Part shown: one piece after another, positions 26,125 through 40,148 of the stretch
Numbering within the stretch: position 1 is the first letter of the stretch
How the letters are laid out: every line of letters starts with the position of its first letter
Origin: Proteromonas lacertae
Taxonomy: Eukaryota
Assembly: GCA_002245135.1 (NCBI GenBank)
Contig: NGBS01000294.1
Coordinates: 62,001 to 126,000 of the forward strand
Length of the DNA: 64,000 nt
Direction: 5' to 3'
Notes under the pieces: model-generated
The model's input: the letters and a program-made list of their open reading frames with translations, nothing else
The model's database searches: none
Told to the model about the DNA's origin: nothing
Translations under genes and position numbers: made by a program

Positions 26125-27764
26125 ATGAAGACATATCAAGTTGCAGTTATTGCAGCATCTGGAGCACTTGCTGGATATTTATTATACAAGTATTTCAAAA
26201 GATCTTCCAAGAAAACACGAGGATTATCTAAAAATACTACAGATGTGAGATTAGATAAGGTAGTTGCAATATTGACCAGATTAAAAGAAGGTGTATGTGT
26301 TGCATTTGGATCGTTCTACCCAAGATCACTTTTATGTGTATTAAAGCCAGAAGAAAGTGAAGAAACTGCAGACAGTGTATGTAATACGTTTGAAAGTGTG
26401 ATTCAAAATAATTTAGAAGCTGTATAACTATATATGATATATAATTTTATATGTTTATAGTTATGTACTGAGAGTGGAATTGGATATAACAATTTTATCC
26501 AATCACTAGATAGTTATGCAGAAGATGGAGAAGAAGAAGTAGTAGCATACAAGAAAGGAGTAGAGATTTTGAAGAAACTTATCAAAGATCCAACAAACCC
26601 AACCAATCATCTTAGCAAAGATTACACTGAGACTTATATTAGTGAATTATCAAGAGAAATGCTTTCAAAATGGAAAGAAGAATGCGATAATATGATAGAT
26701 GAAATATGTATTGAGAATCAATTAACTCATTTCCAGTTAACTCAGATATTATTGAATAATGATATAGCTAATACAACCTATAGAGATATTATAGTAAGAA
26801 TGCATAATAGATATAAAAGAATAATGAAAGAAATTAGTATAGAAAAGAATAAAAATGAACTTGAGTTATATGCATCATTTACATGTTATATAACAAGTCA
26901 TTCAAAATTATTTTTGATACCCCAAGAGTGTGGTGATATTGCTGCTTCTAGATTAATGAGAATAATGTATTATATATATATATATATATAGAACTCCATT
27001 CAAAAGTGAAATTAAATTATCTGTTGAAGAAACAATGAATAATGTAAAGTCAATATTCGAAAATATATTAAAAGAGAATAAAGATTTAATATCACAAAAA
27101 CTAAGTGAAGGTGGAGATAATAATAATAAAGCAATTAATGATTTCTTTAAAGATAATGATGTGAAAAAGAGTAGTTTAAATATATATACAAAAGAGTATG
27201 ATAATGAAGAAGAAGAAATGAAAATAAAAAACACAATGTTTAACCTAAAGGTGTATATAGATGAAAATAACAATGAGATAAAGATTTTATTAAATGATTT
27301 TAGTATGGAATTGAATATTCCATATAAATTTGTGATGTATAATTTTTTTTTATCTATATTTATTAAATAGGGATTATTTAACATGTAGTTATCAATTACT
27401 GTTATTAAATGAGAGTCAAAAGAACGCAATATTTATTGATGGTTATGTTATAGATACTCAAAGTATAGTAAGTTGTGCAGTTCATTTGAGTGAAGAAGAG
27501 AATAAAAGTGCAGTTCATGAGTTGATTAAAAATTATATTGATATACTTAAAGATGAGAATAATGAGATGTATAAGATGATTAAGAATGAAAGAAATGTAA
27601 AGATAAAGAGTTTATTGGATATATTCTTCTTGAGTGAAGAATCTTTTGATGTATTAAACACTGTAATGATGTGTGATGTAAAAAGATCAGAATGGTGCTT
27701 TAAAGTAATAAAAGATAACAATGAATATGGTAGTAGAAGAATAGCTGAAGGATTTCCAAATTAA
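26125..27764 (+). CDS. Hypothetical protein with N-terminal membrane anchor (multi-exon)
   Basis: VAVIAASGALAGYLLYKYFK. Four same-strand ORFs separated by short GT..AG introns. Confidence 0.65.
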
Positions 27765-27908
27765 TTGTTATTGCTTCCTTTTTTTTGTTTATTATTGTTT
27801 CTTCTTATATAGTGTTTATATCAAAATTATGAAAAAAGAAAAAGAAATAAGCATGAATAGCAATCAAGCTTTTATTATAATACATAAAAATAAATATTAT
27901 AAATAGTT

Positions 27909-29618
27909 TTAGTTACGATTGTAATTAATCACATTTCTTTCCCAATAATACAGTTGAGCTTCTAATTCAAATTGTAGTTTAGCTTTGGTATTCTGTCTTA
28001 AATATTCTTTACATGATGGAGTTAAAGAAAATGGATTAATTATATTTTCACAATATTTTATTGGAATAGGAATTGCATATGGTTTATACTTAGCAAAAAG
28101 TGATCTACCTGGTAAAAATGAGTATTCTAAACTATTTCTTACTATTGATTTCATAATAAAATATGATATGTTATAATTATTAAATAATGTTAGATACTCA
28201 TCAGTGATCGTTGTTCTAGTAATTCCTGGATCATCGGTAGATAATACTATTGAAATATTATTCTTTATATAATATATAAATGGATGATTCCTTTGAATAT
28301 GAAATGTATATAAATTACTAGAAAACAATACTTCAATTACTATATTTCTTCTCCGTAATAACTGAGTTAAATTTAAATGTTTATTTTCATAATAAACATC
28401 AATTCCATGACCAATTCTTTCAGCATTTCCTATATTAACACTATTATATATATGATTACTATAAAATGAATAATTTCTATTGTGAAATAATATTGGTAGT
28501 ATCTCTCCAGCATGAAGTGATATATATGATTTATGAATTCTTTCTTGTGTTCGAAAATAAAATGAAACATATTTGAAAATTTTCATTTGTTCATTAAAAT
28601 ACCTTAGTGATGAGTAAGAATCTTCTGGTCCAACTAAATTAACACCAATTATTACACTATTCAACTTAATCATTGCAAAACTAATTGGTAATTGTATAAA
28701 TAATAGTGAAGGAGCAACATGTCTATAATGAGAAATTATAAATTTTACATTCATTGAACATGCACTTATTACTGAATTAAATGAAGATTTCCTTTTAAAC
28801 AATCTCTTTTCATTATTATTACACTTCAATTCTTCATTTGATTTTACTATTAGATTCTCATAATATTTGATTGAATTTGATGCGATTCTATTGATTATTT
28901 TTTGGCATTTTTTCATCATTGCTTTTATATCATTGTATGTTAGCGAACTTGAATATTTCAGACACTTTTCTAATTCCATAATTTCACTGTTAAACCTTAT
29001 CATCACTTCCAAATGTAATAACTTTTCTTCAGAAGCTGTCTTACGCAAATTACTTAAAATGGAGGATTGATATACTCTAGTCATGGTTTTAACTTTATCA
29101 AAAATTGAGAAAAAATGTTTAAATGAATCATTTATTGAATGATTTTTGATAAAATTTATCATTGACCAGGATCTTGTTAATTGATTGTGTAATTTCAAAT
29201 CAGATACTTTACCATTACATGTACCTATATTTCTAATATCATATGTAGGACATGTAAAATTGAGAGGTCTTTCTGAAGCATAAAATAGCTTATCTAAACA
29301 CCATTTCCTTTTTTTATCACATAATGCCATATGTAAAAGTTGATCATGCTTTATTGTACCACTCAAATGTACATGTAAATCACCTCCTTTTGGCATTACA
29401 TTTATATAAGAATTCCTTATTTCTTGATTCATTGACTTCAACGATGATTCAACTTTGTCATTATCTTTATCAATCACTTTAATTATTGGAATAGGAAAAT
29501 ATATCATACACCTTACCAAAGAAACACTAACCATTACAACGAAAAGGAAAAAAACTATATCTAAAGTAGTAGGATGATTACTAATTGTTTTCTTTCTCTT
29601 ATTCCACAATAAACTCAT
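27909..29618 (-). CDS. Adenosine deaminase, bacterial-type, intronless, with N-terminal hydrophobic anchor
   Basis: MPKGGDLHVHLSG, GVNLVGPED, SLHAGE, AERIGHGIDV, LSTDDPG, RNSLEYSFLPG. Confidence 0.92.
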   Translation of the reverse strand: MSLLWNKRKKTISNHPTTLDIVFFLFVVMVSVSLVRCMIYFPIPIIKVIDKDNDKVESSLKSMNQEIRNSYINVMPKGGDLHVHLSGTIKHDQLLHMALCDKKRKWCLDKLFYASERPLNFTCPTYDIRNIGTCNGKVSDLKLHNQLTRSWSMINFIKNHSINDSFKHFFSIFDKVKTMTRVYQSSILSNLRKTASEEKLLHLEVMIRFNSEIMELEKCLKYSSSLTYNDIKAMMKKCQKIINRIASNSIKYYENLIVKSNEELKCNNNEKRLFKRKSSFNSVISACSMNVKFIISHYRHVAPSLLFIQLPISFAMIKLNSVIIGVNLVGPEDSYSSLRYFNEQMKIFKYVSFYFRTQERIHKSYISLHAGEILPILFHNRNYSFYSNHIYNSVNIGNAERIGHGIDVYYENKHLNLTQLLRRRNIVIEVLFSSNLYTFHIQRNHPFIYYIKNNISIVLSTDDPGITRTTITDEYLTLFNNYNISYFIMKSIVRNSLEYSFLPGRSLFAKYKPYAIPIPIKYCENIINPFSLTPSCKEYLRQNTKAKLQFELEAQLYYWERNVINYNRN

Positions 29619-29789
29619 TTGCTTAAATAAATAAATACAAAATTATATAAATACACAAAAATACACAAACATAATATTCGAGCTTAACTAAATCTTTAGT
29701 TTGGTTTAATTCTATTAAAAGATAAGCTAAGTTTAATTAACTAATATATTTTTATTGTTTATTTATTAATACACATCTGCATAGAACTA

Positions 29790-30504
29790 ATGAGTTTAAA
29801 TTTGTTAATGTTTTGTGTTTTAGTTGGTATATGACAATTTTTTAAATAAATATATAGCTTATTCACAAGCTATTACTAGAACATCTAATTATATAACTGT
29901 ATTGGCTGAAATGTCAGAAAACGATTTAGCTAAGAAGATAGGAATTCCAAAATCTATAAATGTAATAAATGGTACTTATAAAGATTGTCAAAGTATGTGT
30001 ATTCATATGTTTATTATTGTTATAGTGGGAATTGAAAGGAATTTATTCTTTAATAGATCATTGTTAATATCCAATTATACTTACTACAAAGATAGTAATT
30101 GTAATATGGAGAAGCTTTACTCATTTACATTAAAATATATGATAAATTATCAAAATCCTGTTAAGAATAATGAAATAATAATGTTTGATTGTCATATATT
30201 ATCAATCAATGCAACAGTTCACTCAATAAATGGAATTGCTCAATTAAAAACAACATTCAGAGATGAATGTGATATAGAAATTAAAATTGAAAAAACGAAG
30301 AATATATTAGAGTATTATATTAACGTATACATCATTATCATAAATAGATCATGCAGATCATTCTGTGTTAACGCATTTCATATTCATTATGAAGGTAGTT
30401 ATAACAGAAAAGATACATTGAATATAGAATTAATGTCAGAAAGAGAAAAATCTCTTGGAATGAAATCAGAGCATTTAATACTACAAAAACAAAAACAAAT
30501 ATAA
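29790..30504 (+). CDS. Hypothetical secreted protein
   Basis: Spliced N-terminus MSLNLLMFCVLVAYSQA resembles a signal peptide. The 226-aa ORF contains in-frame short introns. Confidence 0.55.
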
Positions 30505-30508
30505 ATAA

Positions 30509-31029
30509 CTAAACTAAATTAATTGTATTGTTAATTTTGTCACTAATGAAAGGTAATTTCCCACTGTCTTTCTTCTCCTCATATACTTGACGAAGAAGAG
30601 ATGGTGTAATAGCTGATTTATCATCTTCACCTTTTCTTTCTATACATTCTTCAACTAATTCACCAATAAATACTTTTGTTACTCCTCCTATCATTATCAA
30701 CAAATCTTTATCTATTTTATTATCTATTTTATCTAAACAATTTCGAGCTTTGGCTACTTCTTTTATTATATCTTCTATGCTTCTTGTACTAAATCTTGAT
30801 GCTAAACAAGATTGCAGCCTTTCTCTTTCGGCATCATCACATGTTTGATTTAATTGACTATATTAAATATGTTTATATTACAATACTCTTTAAGCCTTTG
30901 AATTTTGCTAATGGTTTCAGGGTTTGGTTTAAATACTTTTCTTGGAGTTTGATAACTTTCTGTATCATCGTCATAATCATCATTTTCATCTCTGGGTGTT
31001 GTTATTTGCTTTCTTTTGAGTTGTTCCAT
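30509..31029 (-). CDS. TAF11: TFIID subunit 11-like histone-fold protein
   Basis: ERLQSCLASRFSTRSIEDII..LIMIGGVTKVFIGELVEE..ITPSLLRQVY. One intron. Confidence 0.75.
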
Positions 31030-31146
31030 TCTTTAAGTAAATTACATATAGAATGACAAGTAACGATTATTATTTTTGAAATATTATTTTTAATTTATAT
31101 GTTAGAAGCGTGATGTATAAAATATATAAATTACTATAACAACGTA

Positions 31147-32345
31147 GGCAAAGGTGTTACACTATTAAAATAACAGATTTTCAGTTTAATCCTTCTGAGA
31201 TATGTATTCCTCCAGGTTCTATGGTAAGATGGTATGTAGATCCTTCATTTAATGCACAAGAAGATGAATTTTTGATATCAGGTACTTTTATTCGTATAGT
31301 GTATTTATTTTATTAGTTTATAGCAGATGATTCATATGATAGTGAAATTAGTATGTAAAATGATATATATTATGTAATTGAATAGATTTTGAATCAAAAG
31401 CTTTAAATTGGGGTGATGAATATACAGAAACCTTCTCAAAGTGCGGTAGAATCGATTATTTTGATTCAACATATAGTTTTATGCAGGGTACAATACAAAT
31501 ATCATTTGATTCAAGAAAATGGAATAAATGTGATAAATATTCAACAATTGAAAAATCAGAGAAGTATAACAATAGTAGTATAAAACATACACCTCCTTCT
31601 CAATGTATTAAAGAAAGAAAATCCAATATTTCTCCTCTCTCTCAACTATCAAAACCAAAGTCATTATCATTATATGGAAGTTTTGATATACACTCATCAT
31701 CCTCTTCATTGTTGATAGAAAATAAAAATACAATAAATAGAAGTATTAATAAACCAATTCATCCTTTATTTGGATCATTTTCACAATATAAATCAATCAA
31801 AAATGAAGAAAAGAATGAAATAAATAATAAAAGTATAATAGAATCATTTACACTTCCATTTATTACTTCTATATCATCTGCAAACCAAGAAATACAAAAG
31901 AACCATAAAAAGAAAAAAAAGAGTAATAGAAAGAAGAAGAATAAAAGAAAAAGGAATAATTCAAAATCAGATATAAGAAATGAAAAAGAGAATGAAATCG
32001 AAGATTATGACAATGATGATAAAGAAGAAAGCAATCAAAATATAAAATTAACATTTTCAAATTACGATAGTATATTATTAATAGATGATAGAATTGAACC
32101 TTTTGAAGTTGTTAATAATACATCCGATTTTATATCACCTCTGTTAATAAATAAAAAGAATGAAAAAATGATAGATGATAAGTTTAAATCTTTTTTAGTT
32201 TCTAGTATTATTATTATTATTATTATTATTAGGATGGAATAGAGAAATAAGTAATATTAATACAGAATTAATTATTACAACAAGTGATTGTGATGATATT
32301 TATGAATTAAAAAATATTAATAATCTTTGTAGTTTTTTACAATAA
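31147..32345 (+). CDS. Cupredoxin-like N-terminal domain plus Ser/Lys-rich region (start uncertain)
   Basis: Spliced YTIKITDFQFNPSEICIPPGSMVRW..FESKALNWGDEYTETFSKCGRIDYFDSTYSFMQGTIQI, then an NLS-like KKKKKSNRKKKNKRKR. Confidence 0.6.
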
Positions 32346-33078
32346 TAATTTAATATTTTCATTATTTATTATTAACCTTATTTATGGATTATTTATATAA
32401 TATAGAAGAATAATATGTTGATAAACAACTACATAAATTTACATATTATAATATTTTAATTTAAATGTTGACATTGAAACTTAATTCATTTACTTTTTGA
32501 CCAAATTTTGATTCACAATATCTAATATCATTGCTCTTCACATGTGATTTACCTTTATAATAAGACACTAATAGGTTCTACAGATGAAGCTGATGTAGAT
32601 GATTTAGATGAATGATCATTTCACACTACAATATAATATATTTCATTAAAACTCATTCTATTTTTCAAACCACTTATACATTCTTTGATTTTATCATCAC
32701 AATCTAAATACTTTTCGATTATCATTAATTACATGAATAGTATAAATATTTATCAAATATATCATCTCTTTCTTATCTAGAGTTGCTAAATGAACTAAAT
32801 AGCATTTTTTGTTAAACTCTTTTTTTGTTATTGATTTTCTCAAAAGTGTTTCTTCATCTGGTTTATTTACATAATTTTATGATTAAAACATGTCAGCTAA
32901 TAGTTACTAGAGGTCACAGTCGATCAGTGTAATTTTGAAAACCTATGACAGACACATTTATACAACCCTGTTATAGATTATTAGTTTAAATCTTTTTTAG
33001 TTTCTATTATTATTATTATTATCATTATTATTATTATTATTAGGATGGAATAGAGAAAATTTTATAGAAAAAAAAGAA

Positions 33079-36000
33079 TTATTCAATGTTTTTAAATACT
33101 TCTGATAATTCTTTCTTTTCTTCTTTTGAAATTCCAGTCAAAGTAATTGTTGTGAATAAATATGCTTCTAAAAATTATCTTAATATTGATTTGTCTATAT
33201 CCTTTTTTACTGTTATTGATAAGTCTAGTATTTCAGAAAATACTATTTCATTCTCAATCATTAACTTCAATTCTTCTTCATCTAATTCATTTCCTGACAT
33301 ATCTATCTTCATTAAATGCTCTTTATAACTTTTTAATTTTTCAATCAATATTTTAAATCCTACTTCACTCATTCTTACACCTATTTCAAATATAAAATAA
33401 CAATATTTCATAATATACTGGATATATTTAATTCTGAATAACCAGCAAATTTCTCTAAATATTGCCTAATTATATTTACTCCTCCATCTCCAATTAAATT
33501 ATTATTTATACAAATATGCGAGTGTGAATAATCTGGTAAGAATTCAATTAATACAATTAGTCCTATAACGCTTATTTTATTATTTGATAAATCAATTGTT
33601 CCACGCTTAATCCTCTTAATTAATGAAATGTGAGAATCTTTAAGATTCATATCTATTTCATTACATAACAATATTTTATACTAGAAAGATTATAATAACT
33701 ACTATATCTATTCTTTTTTACATAATAATCCAGATAATATTCCAATTCTTCATTTGTCCATGATGAATTTTTCATTTTTATTAGAGGATATTCATTTCTT
33801 TCTAATGATTTTGAACATATTGATTTTAATCCATTATAACTGATATTATTTCCATTTAGATCAATTGCTTTACAACCTGAAATTAAATCTATTTTGTTTG
33901 CTAATAATAATAAACCTTCATCATCAATTGACATAAAACTCAAATTCATTACTTTGCTATAATCATCTTTAACTAACATATTCAAATTATCCAATAGAAA
34001 TCTCAATCCATTATTACCAATTGGATAATCTATCAAATATATATAATAGAATATTATGATTATACTATAAACAAATAATTTTACATCATAACCTTTTTGC
34101 TTTACAAAATCCATCAAATATTCTATTCCGACTGAATCTATATTATTATCACTAACATCAACCTCATAAGCATTATTTTCTTCATTATCTCTATCACCTT
34201 GTCTCTCTTCATTAATCTTTTTTAAACCATCAACTAAATATTTTAATCCTACTGAAGATAATCCCATCACTATAAAGGTTATATAACAATTATACTTGAA
34301 CAATTAATTTCCTTACCATAATATTTCAGTAAATGTATATGTGGAAATAATAATCTCATTCCTTCATCTCCTATTTCATTTCCATATAATTCAAGATGTT
34401 CAAGATTTGGAAATAAAGATAAATTGTTAATCAGTATTTCTATACTTTTGTATGTAAGTTTATTATCTAAATAATAGAAAAAAATCAAAAATATATACTA
34501 CTCAAATCTATTGTTTTTGTTTCTTCTAACTCTTTCAATCTTAATGAATGATTTAAAAAAACAATCATCCATTTCACAATCACCCAGACATAATTTATTA
34601 CTATCTTTGATGAATGTGATTAATTCTGGAATATCTTTATCAATCAATAATTCTTTATCTTCTAAATAATCAAATTCAATTTTTATCTTCGAAATAGGAA
34701 ATTTGGAGAATAATGCTTTTAATCCTTTATAATGAATATTATTATTTTGTTTTATATTTACTATACTGATATTTGGATATTTATATAACTCTTCTGATAA
34801 TAGTATCATTGATTCATCATTTAAATTCATATCATAAAGATTCAATACCTTATCTTCATTGATTAATAAATGTAAATATGGAAGTAACAACTTAAATCCT
34901 TTTGGACCAATTGGATTATCTACACAAAAATAATAGATGAAAACACATACTTCTAAGGTTTATATATTTTAATTTGATCATAGATGGAAGTGATTTAACG
35001 AATGATTGAACGAAATGATAAGTAAGATTACAATAATGTAAATCCAATTCTTGAAGATTTGACAATTGATCAAATTGTGATGCTAATAATGGTTGATGTT
35101 CTAATGGAATTTTAAAACCAAAATAATCATCTAAATAAATTATAATGATTATAATCATACCAAACCATAGCTTTGTTTCACCAATTATTTTCAATATTTT
35201 AAAGAGATAGTTCATCCCTGCTTCACTCATACACATACACTTTTTATTAACTTTCATTCTTTCTTTATCATGATAATCACTTTTAATATCAAATAACATT
35301 TCATCTAAATAACAGTCTTCTCTTTTGTCTTTATGTTTGTGATGAATTTTAAATCTCAATTTCGATTGAATTGAATCATCTTCTTTGCATATTTTCATCT
35401 TCAATAATATAGATAATACTCTTTCACTAGCTTTTTTATTGTATGATTTTATTAAATCATCTCGAATATTTTCCTATCTTTTTTACTCTTTATATAAAAT
35501 TCTAATGGATATATTATTGGAAGATTATAATCATTATTGAATATTATCTCTTTTCTTTCATTACATATCATTACATTATCTTCTTCATCTTTTAATATCT
35601 CACTCAATTTCGCCATCTCTTTTCTCAACTCTTTTAAACTTAACCTATCTTCGCTCTTCACTTTTAACATTTTTTCAATCATCTCTTTCGTCACATCATC
35701 ACATTCTACATCTAAACTGTATTTACATCTCAGAATATTATTCAATGTTTTGTTGATATTATTATCTTCATTAAATGGTAGTTTCTTGTTAGTAATATCA
35801 AATAATATACAACCAATTGACCAAATCACACTTCTCTCATTACATTCTAAACCATTTAACTCTTCAGGGCTTTTGAAGCATATATTATATATTTTCATTT
35901 CTTCTTTTCTCAATGTTTTTAAAAACAAATCACATAACTTTAATTCACCATCTTTTTCATATACTATATTACTACTCTTCAAATAACCAACCTCTATATC

Positions 36001-36395
36001 ATAATAGTTCAATGTTATTAATATATCACATATACCACACATTATACTACAAATATCATTACTTGAAAGGGATTTATTCTGAATTATCTCTTCTAAATCT
36101 TTCATATAATATTTTCTCTCAAATACCATTGTATTACACCCGAAGAACTGCATTTGCGATGGATAGATCAAGGATGAACAACAATATGACAGCAAAAAGT
36201 TATTTTCACAATATTTTAACACTCTCTCTTCATTTACTTCTCTAATACTTAGGATTTTCACCTTTTTAATTGAATATTCATCTTTAACAACCAAGTCTAC
36301 TTCAGAATTACTCTTTTCGGTAGTTTCATTAATCTATATAATTAAATAAACTTAAATACTTCATATTGTGACAATATTTCATCAATGCAATTCAT
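33079..36395 (-). CDS. Pseudokinase + RNI-like LRR protein (multi-intron; apparent frameshifts near 35480 and 34535)
   Basis: EVGYLKSSN, LKLCDLF, FKSPE, VIWSIGCIL, EDRLS. LRRs include LEHLELYGNEIGDEGM and INNNLIGDGGV. Confidence 0.75.
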
Positions 36396-36665
36396 TTTAG
36401 AAAGATTAAAGATTTTATCAAAATTTTGGTTAGTATAAAAATCCCCAAATAATTACAATTTCATTTTCATCCTTAATCGTTATATTTATGGTATGTTATT
36501 AAAAGGAATATATTAGATTAACATAATTGTATATTGTTCAACCTTGCAAGAGAGATAAATTCATACAAAACCACCATCATATTGAATATGTAATATTCAT
36601 TAAGATAATAACCCAATAACAAAAAATATTAATGGGTGGGTATATAAAATACATTAACAATGTAT

Positions 36666-38332
36666 CTAATCTGAATCTGAACCAGAATCACTTTCAGAAT
36701 CTTCTTCACTCTCACTTTCAGAAGAACTCTCCTTCTTCTTATGACTCTTCTTCTTACCACTCTTACTACTACTCTTACTAGATTTCTTAGATTTCTTCTT
36801 TTCTTTTTCTCTCTTTTTCATTGCAGCTTTTCTTGCTTCTTCTTTACGTTTTTGTCTTCTTTCTCTTCTCTTTTTATCTTCTTCTTTTTCAGGTTCTTCT
36901 TCTGGAACTGTTATCATTGAATCAGCTTTTTCTGCTGCAGCTTTAGATAATTCTTCAACTTTTATCTCTTCTAAATCAGGAACAACATCATCAAATATCT
37001 TTTTGAATTTCTCATCATAGATCTTTTGTAATACTATATAGTTTACTATTGTCTCTTTAAATCCTGCCATCTTTTCGGTGTTAAATCTTCTTATCTCACT
37101 TTTAACTATATCAGTCACTTTCTCTACACTTTCGATTGTCTTCTCAACATTCTTCTTACATTTCTTTACTTGTCTTTCTAATTCTTTTCTCTTTGTACCA
37201 GATGCTTTGTTATGAGCTACTTTAGCTTTTAATAACTCTTCTCTTGCTTCTTCGATACTATGAGCTTTAATCTCTCTTAGTTTTATCACTTTTATTGCAG
37301 ATTCACATAAAGACACATATTGTTTAAATGGTTCTAAGAATAAGAATCTTTCTTTCGATGCATATTCTCTTTGAATATCAGAAGCAGAGTGAAGTGCACC
37401 AGCTAATACTGCATAAGCAATTGCTGCATCAGATTCATCAGATTGAGATAAAGCACTTAAATCACAACTTAATCGATTATATATATCATATAACTCTTTT
37501 TGACGTTTATCTACTACTTCAGCAGCATTTCTTATATTTACGATTGTTTCAGCTAATGTTCGGATATTTTCTGCGATTGTGATAAATTCCATATCTTCAT
37601 TAGATACTGCACGATCTTGACGTCCTTGGCCTGTCATTTGATCTAAGTAAACAATAATTTCATTATTTATATACTAACTGCATCTTTGGCAAACTCAGCT
37701 GTTTTATTACCTACATCTAATAAACTCTTTCCTAATATTGACATTACTTTTGTTGCAGAAGCAGCATCTAATTTTAATTTACTTTCATCTCTTTTTCTTG
37801 CAAATGATGAACCACTAGCTGTTAAGAAAGTCTTTAACACTTTACTCTTTTTCAATACCAAATGATGAGCAACTGCATTTAAGAAGATTTCTAAACCTCT
37901 TCTTCTAGCTTCAATGAATTCTGCACTGAAACGACCAATAGCCATTTTTTCTGGTAATGGTGGAATGATGTAACCTTCATTCTCTAATGTTAACTGTTCG
38001 TATAACCAAACAAAATCATTATAACGTCTTACAACTTTGTATGGTGATTTGCTGTATGATGGTATGTCAGAAGTTGTTTTTACTGTGTAAGTAACATAAG
38101 CCTTAAGACCATCTCCTTGTTTGACTGGATCAACTACTTCCATTGTCAATATTTTGCCAGATAAATCAACATTACTTGCAGTTTTTTCTTCCTAAATACA
38201 GTAAATCTCTCCTTATACTCTATCAGAATCATCACTTCTCTCAGCTATTAATTATAATTCTATAAAAAGTATACAACCTGAATCTTCAGATGCTGATCTG
38301 GATCTATCGCTTTCGTCTTCTGATGAACTCAT
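36666..38332 (-). CDS. PX-BAR sorting nexin (SNX1/2, Vps5-like)
   Basis: VVDPVKQGDG, VVRRYNDFVWL, IIPPLPEK, FIEARRRGLEIFL, then a helical BAR region (EIRRFNTEK) and a Lys/Ser-rich tail. Confidence 0.93.
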
Positions 38333-38596
38333 TTTCTTGATTAAAAATTCTAAAAAGATATTGAGGCTTAAAGTATATGAAAATATTATTAAATTATATG
38401 ATCTTAAAAGATTTTAATCTATTTCTTGTGTTATAGTAGAAATATATAGATTTTTGTGTTAGTGTATATATGCTTTATGATGTTGTTGGTTTAACTTATA
38501 TAAATTCTGATTTATAAAATTTCATCTAAAAACACACATTTATAAGTGAATTTAATACTGCAACAATAAAACTTTTAATTAACATAAAACAGTTCT

Positions 38597-39199
38597 CTAA
38601 TGTTTATTTCTTTCCATAACTATAACTTGCTCATATCTACTTTCCAATTCACTTACACTAGGATTCCAAAAGTATCTTACCTATTTAATATTTAAATTAC
38701 ATTTATGTTAGAATATACAAGATGGAATATCCATATAAGTAAACATACAATAAATAAAATCAATGAAACAATAGCTTCTCCTGATCCATGTATACCACTT
38801 CTAATGTTCATTTTGGGTGCAACTTGCTTATCACTATATTTAAATAGGAATAATATCAACAAATATCATACTTAAAACCATATTTGTCAATGATTACGAT
38901 GAAAAATGTAATAAAACAAACAAATGATGCTAGTAAATTCCATGTTGTGGTTTTTTGAGATTTGAGAAACTTTAGGAATGTTGGCTTGTAACTATTTGTC
39001 TTTTCTACTAAAAAAGCATGATACTAATATATATTACAAATAAGAAAAAAAAATAGAATATAATGAAAATCAATATTTATACAGCACTAGCATTTCTTTC
39101 AATATCTTCCTGGTTTTCGCCACTATTATTATCTATTCTGGTAAGATTTTGGTATTGATCTACGACTTGGTTATTATTGTTTTTAGAAGAAGATGACAT
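38597..39199 (-). CDS. Small hypothetical two-TM membrane protein (multi-exon, absent from ORF track)
   Basis: ATG at 39199. Exons encode WNLLASFVCFITFFIVII and AIVSLILFIVCLLIWIFHL. TAG at 38599-38597. Confidence 0.6.
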
Positions 39200-39401
39200 G
39201 GTTTTTATAGAATCTTAATGATTTAAATACAACGATCAAATCAAGCCAAACTTGTGACGATTGATTCACTTTTCAAAAAATACCAACAACAAAAAAGCAT
39301 CAACTCACAGGTCTATCCTCAAATATTTTTAAATAATCAAAGCAACACTATGAAATAATTTAATTCATAGATAATATTAGTAAGAAAAATATAAAAAAAA
39401 A

Positions 39402-40148
39402 CTATTCTGTCTTTCTTTTACCTTTGTCATCAACATTTGGTGTATGAGGCGTATCATAATCAGTTATTTCGGTTTGATAAAAATGTTCCCCTTCATGTTC
39501 CAATTCTTCCCATAATTCTAATACTTTAGCATCACCAATACTTGGCTTATCTTTTTCATTCAATACATCAGGAATTAAATCCCATGATGGGATTGTCTTA
39601 CCATTCTTTTCTTTAAATACTATTTTGAAGATTGCAATACAATGAACACCTTCTTTACTTATCAACCTCTGTTGGATTAACCACCATTTCCTTTCAATAT
39701 ACACTGCTTTTGTCTCGATCTGAAAAATTGTTAAAGGTTTTACTGCTTTTATATATCTTGCATGACTTGATGCTACAAATGATAATGAGTGTAACATTGT
39801 TGAAAAACCAAGCGTTTTTGAACCAAATTGATATCTTCCAAAATCGAAGTGTTTAAAGTAAGAACTGTTATTCATATGCAAATTCCAATCCAGATCATCA
39901 AACCAAGCAATACCCCATCTTTTTGACATACCTAGATAATTATTAGTGACATTGAATACTTGGATCTTTATCAAAATATTTATCGTATAAACCTTCACAA
40001 ATGGCAATTACTGATCTAATTGTCCATGCAAATGGTAAAGATCTATTTAAATTTCATATTAAATTGTTTTATACCCTATGAATAAGAAGCAATACACTCC
40101 TATTACCACCATAACTATATAAAACCAATAATCTGTATCAATATCCAT
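39402..40148 (-). CDS. Hotdog-fold thioesterase (THEM6/4HBT-like) with N-terminal hydrophobic segment
   Basis: DLDWNLHMNNSSYFKHFDFGR, ARYIKAVKPL, WWLIQQRL. Confidence 0.85.
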
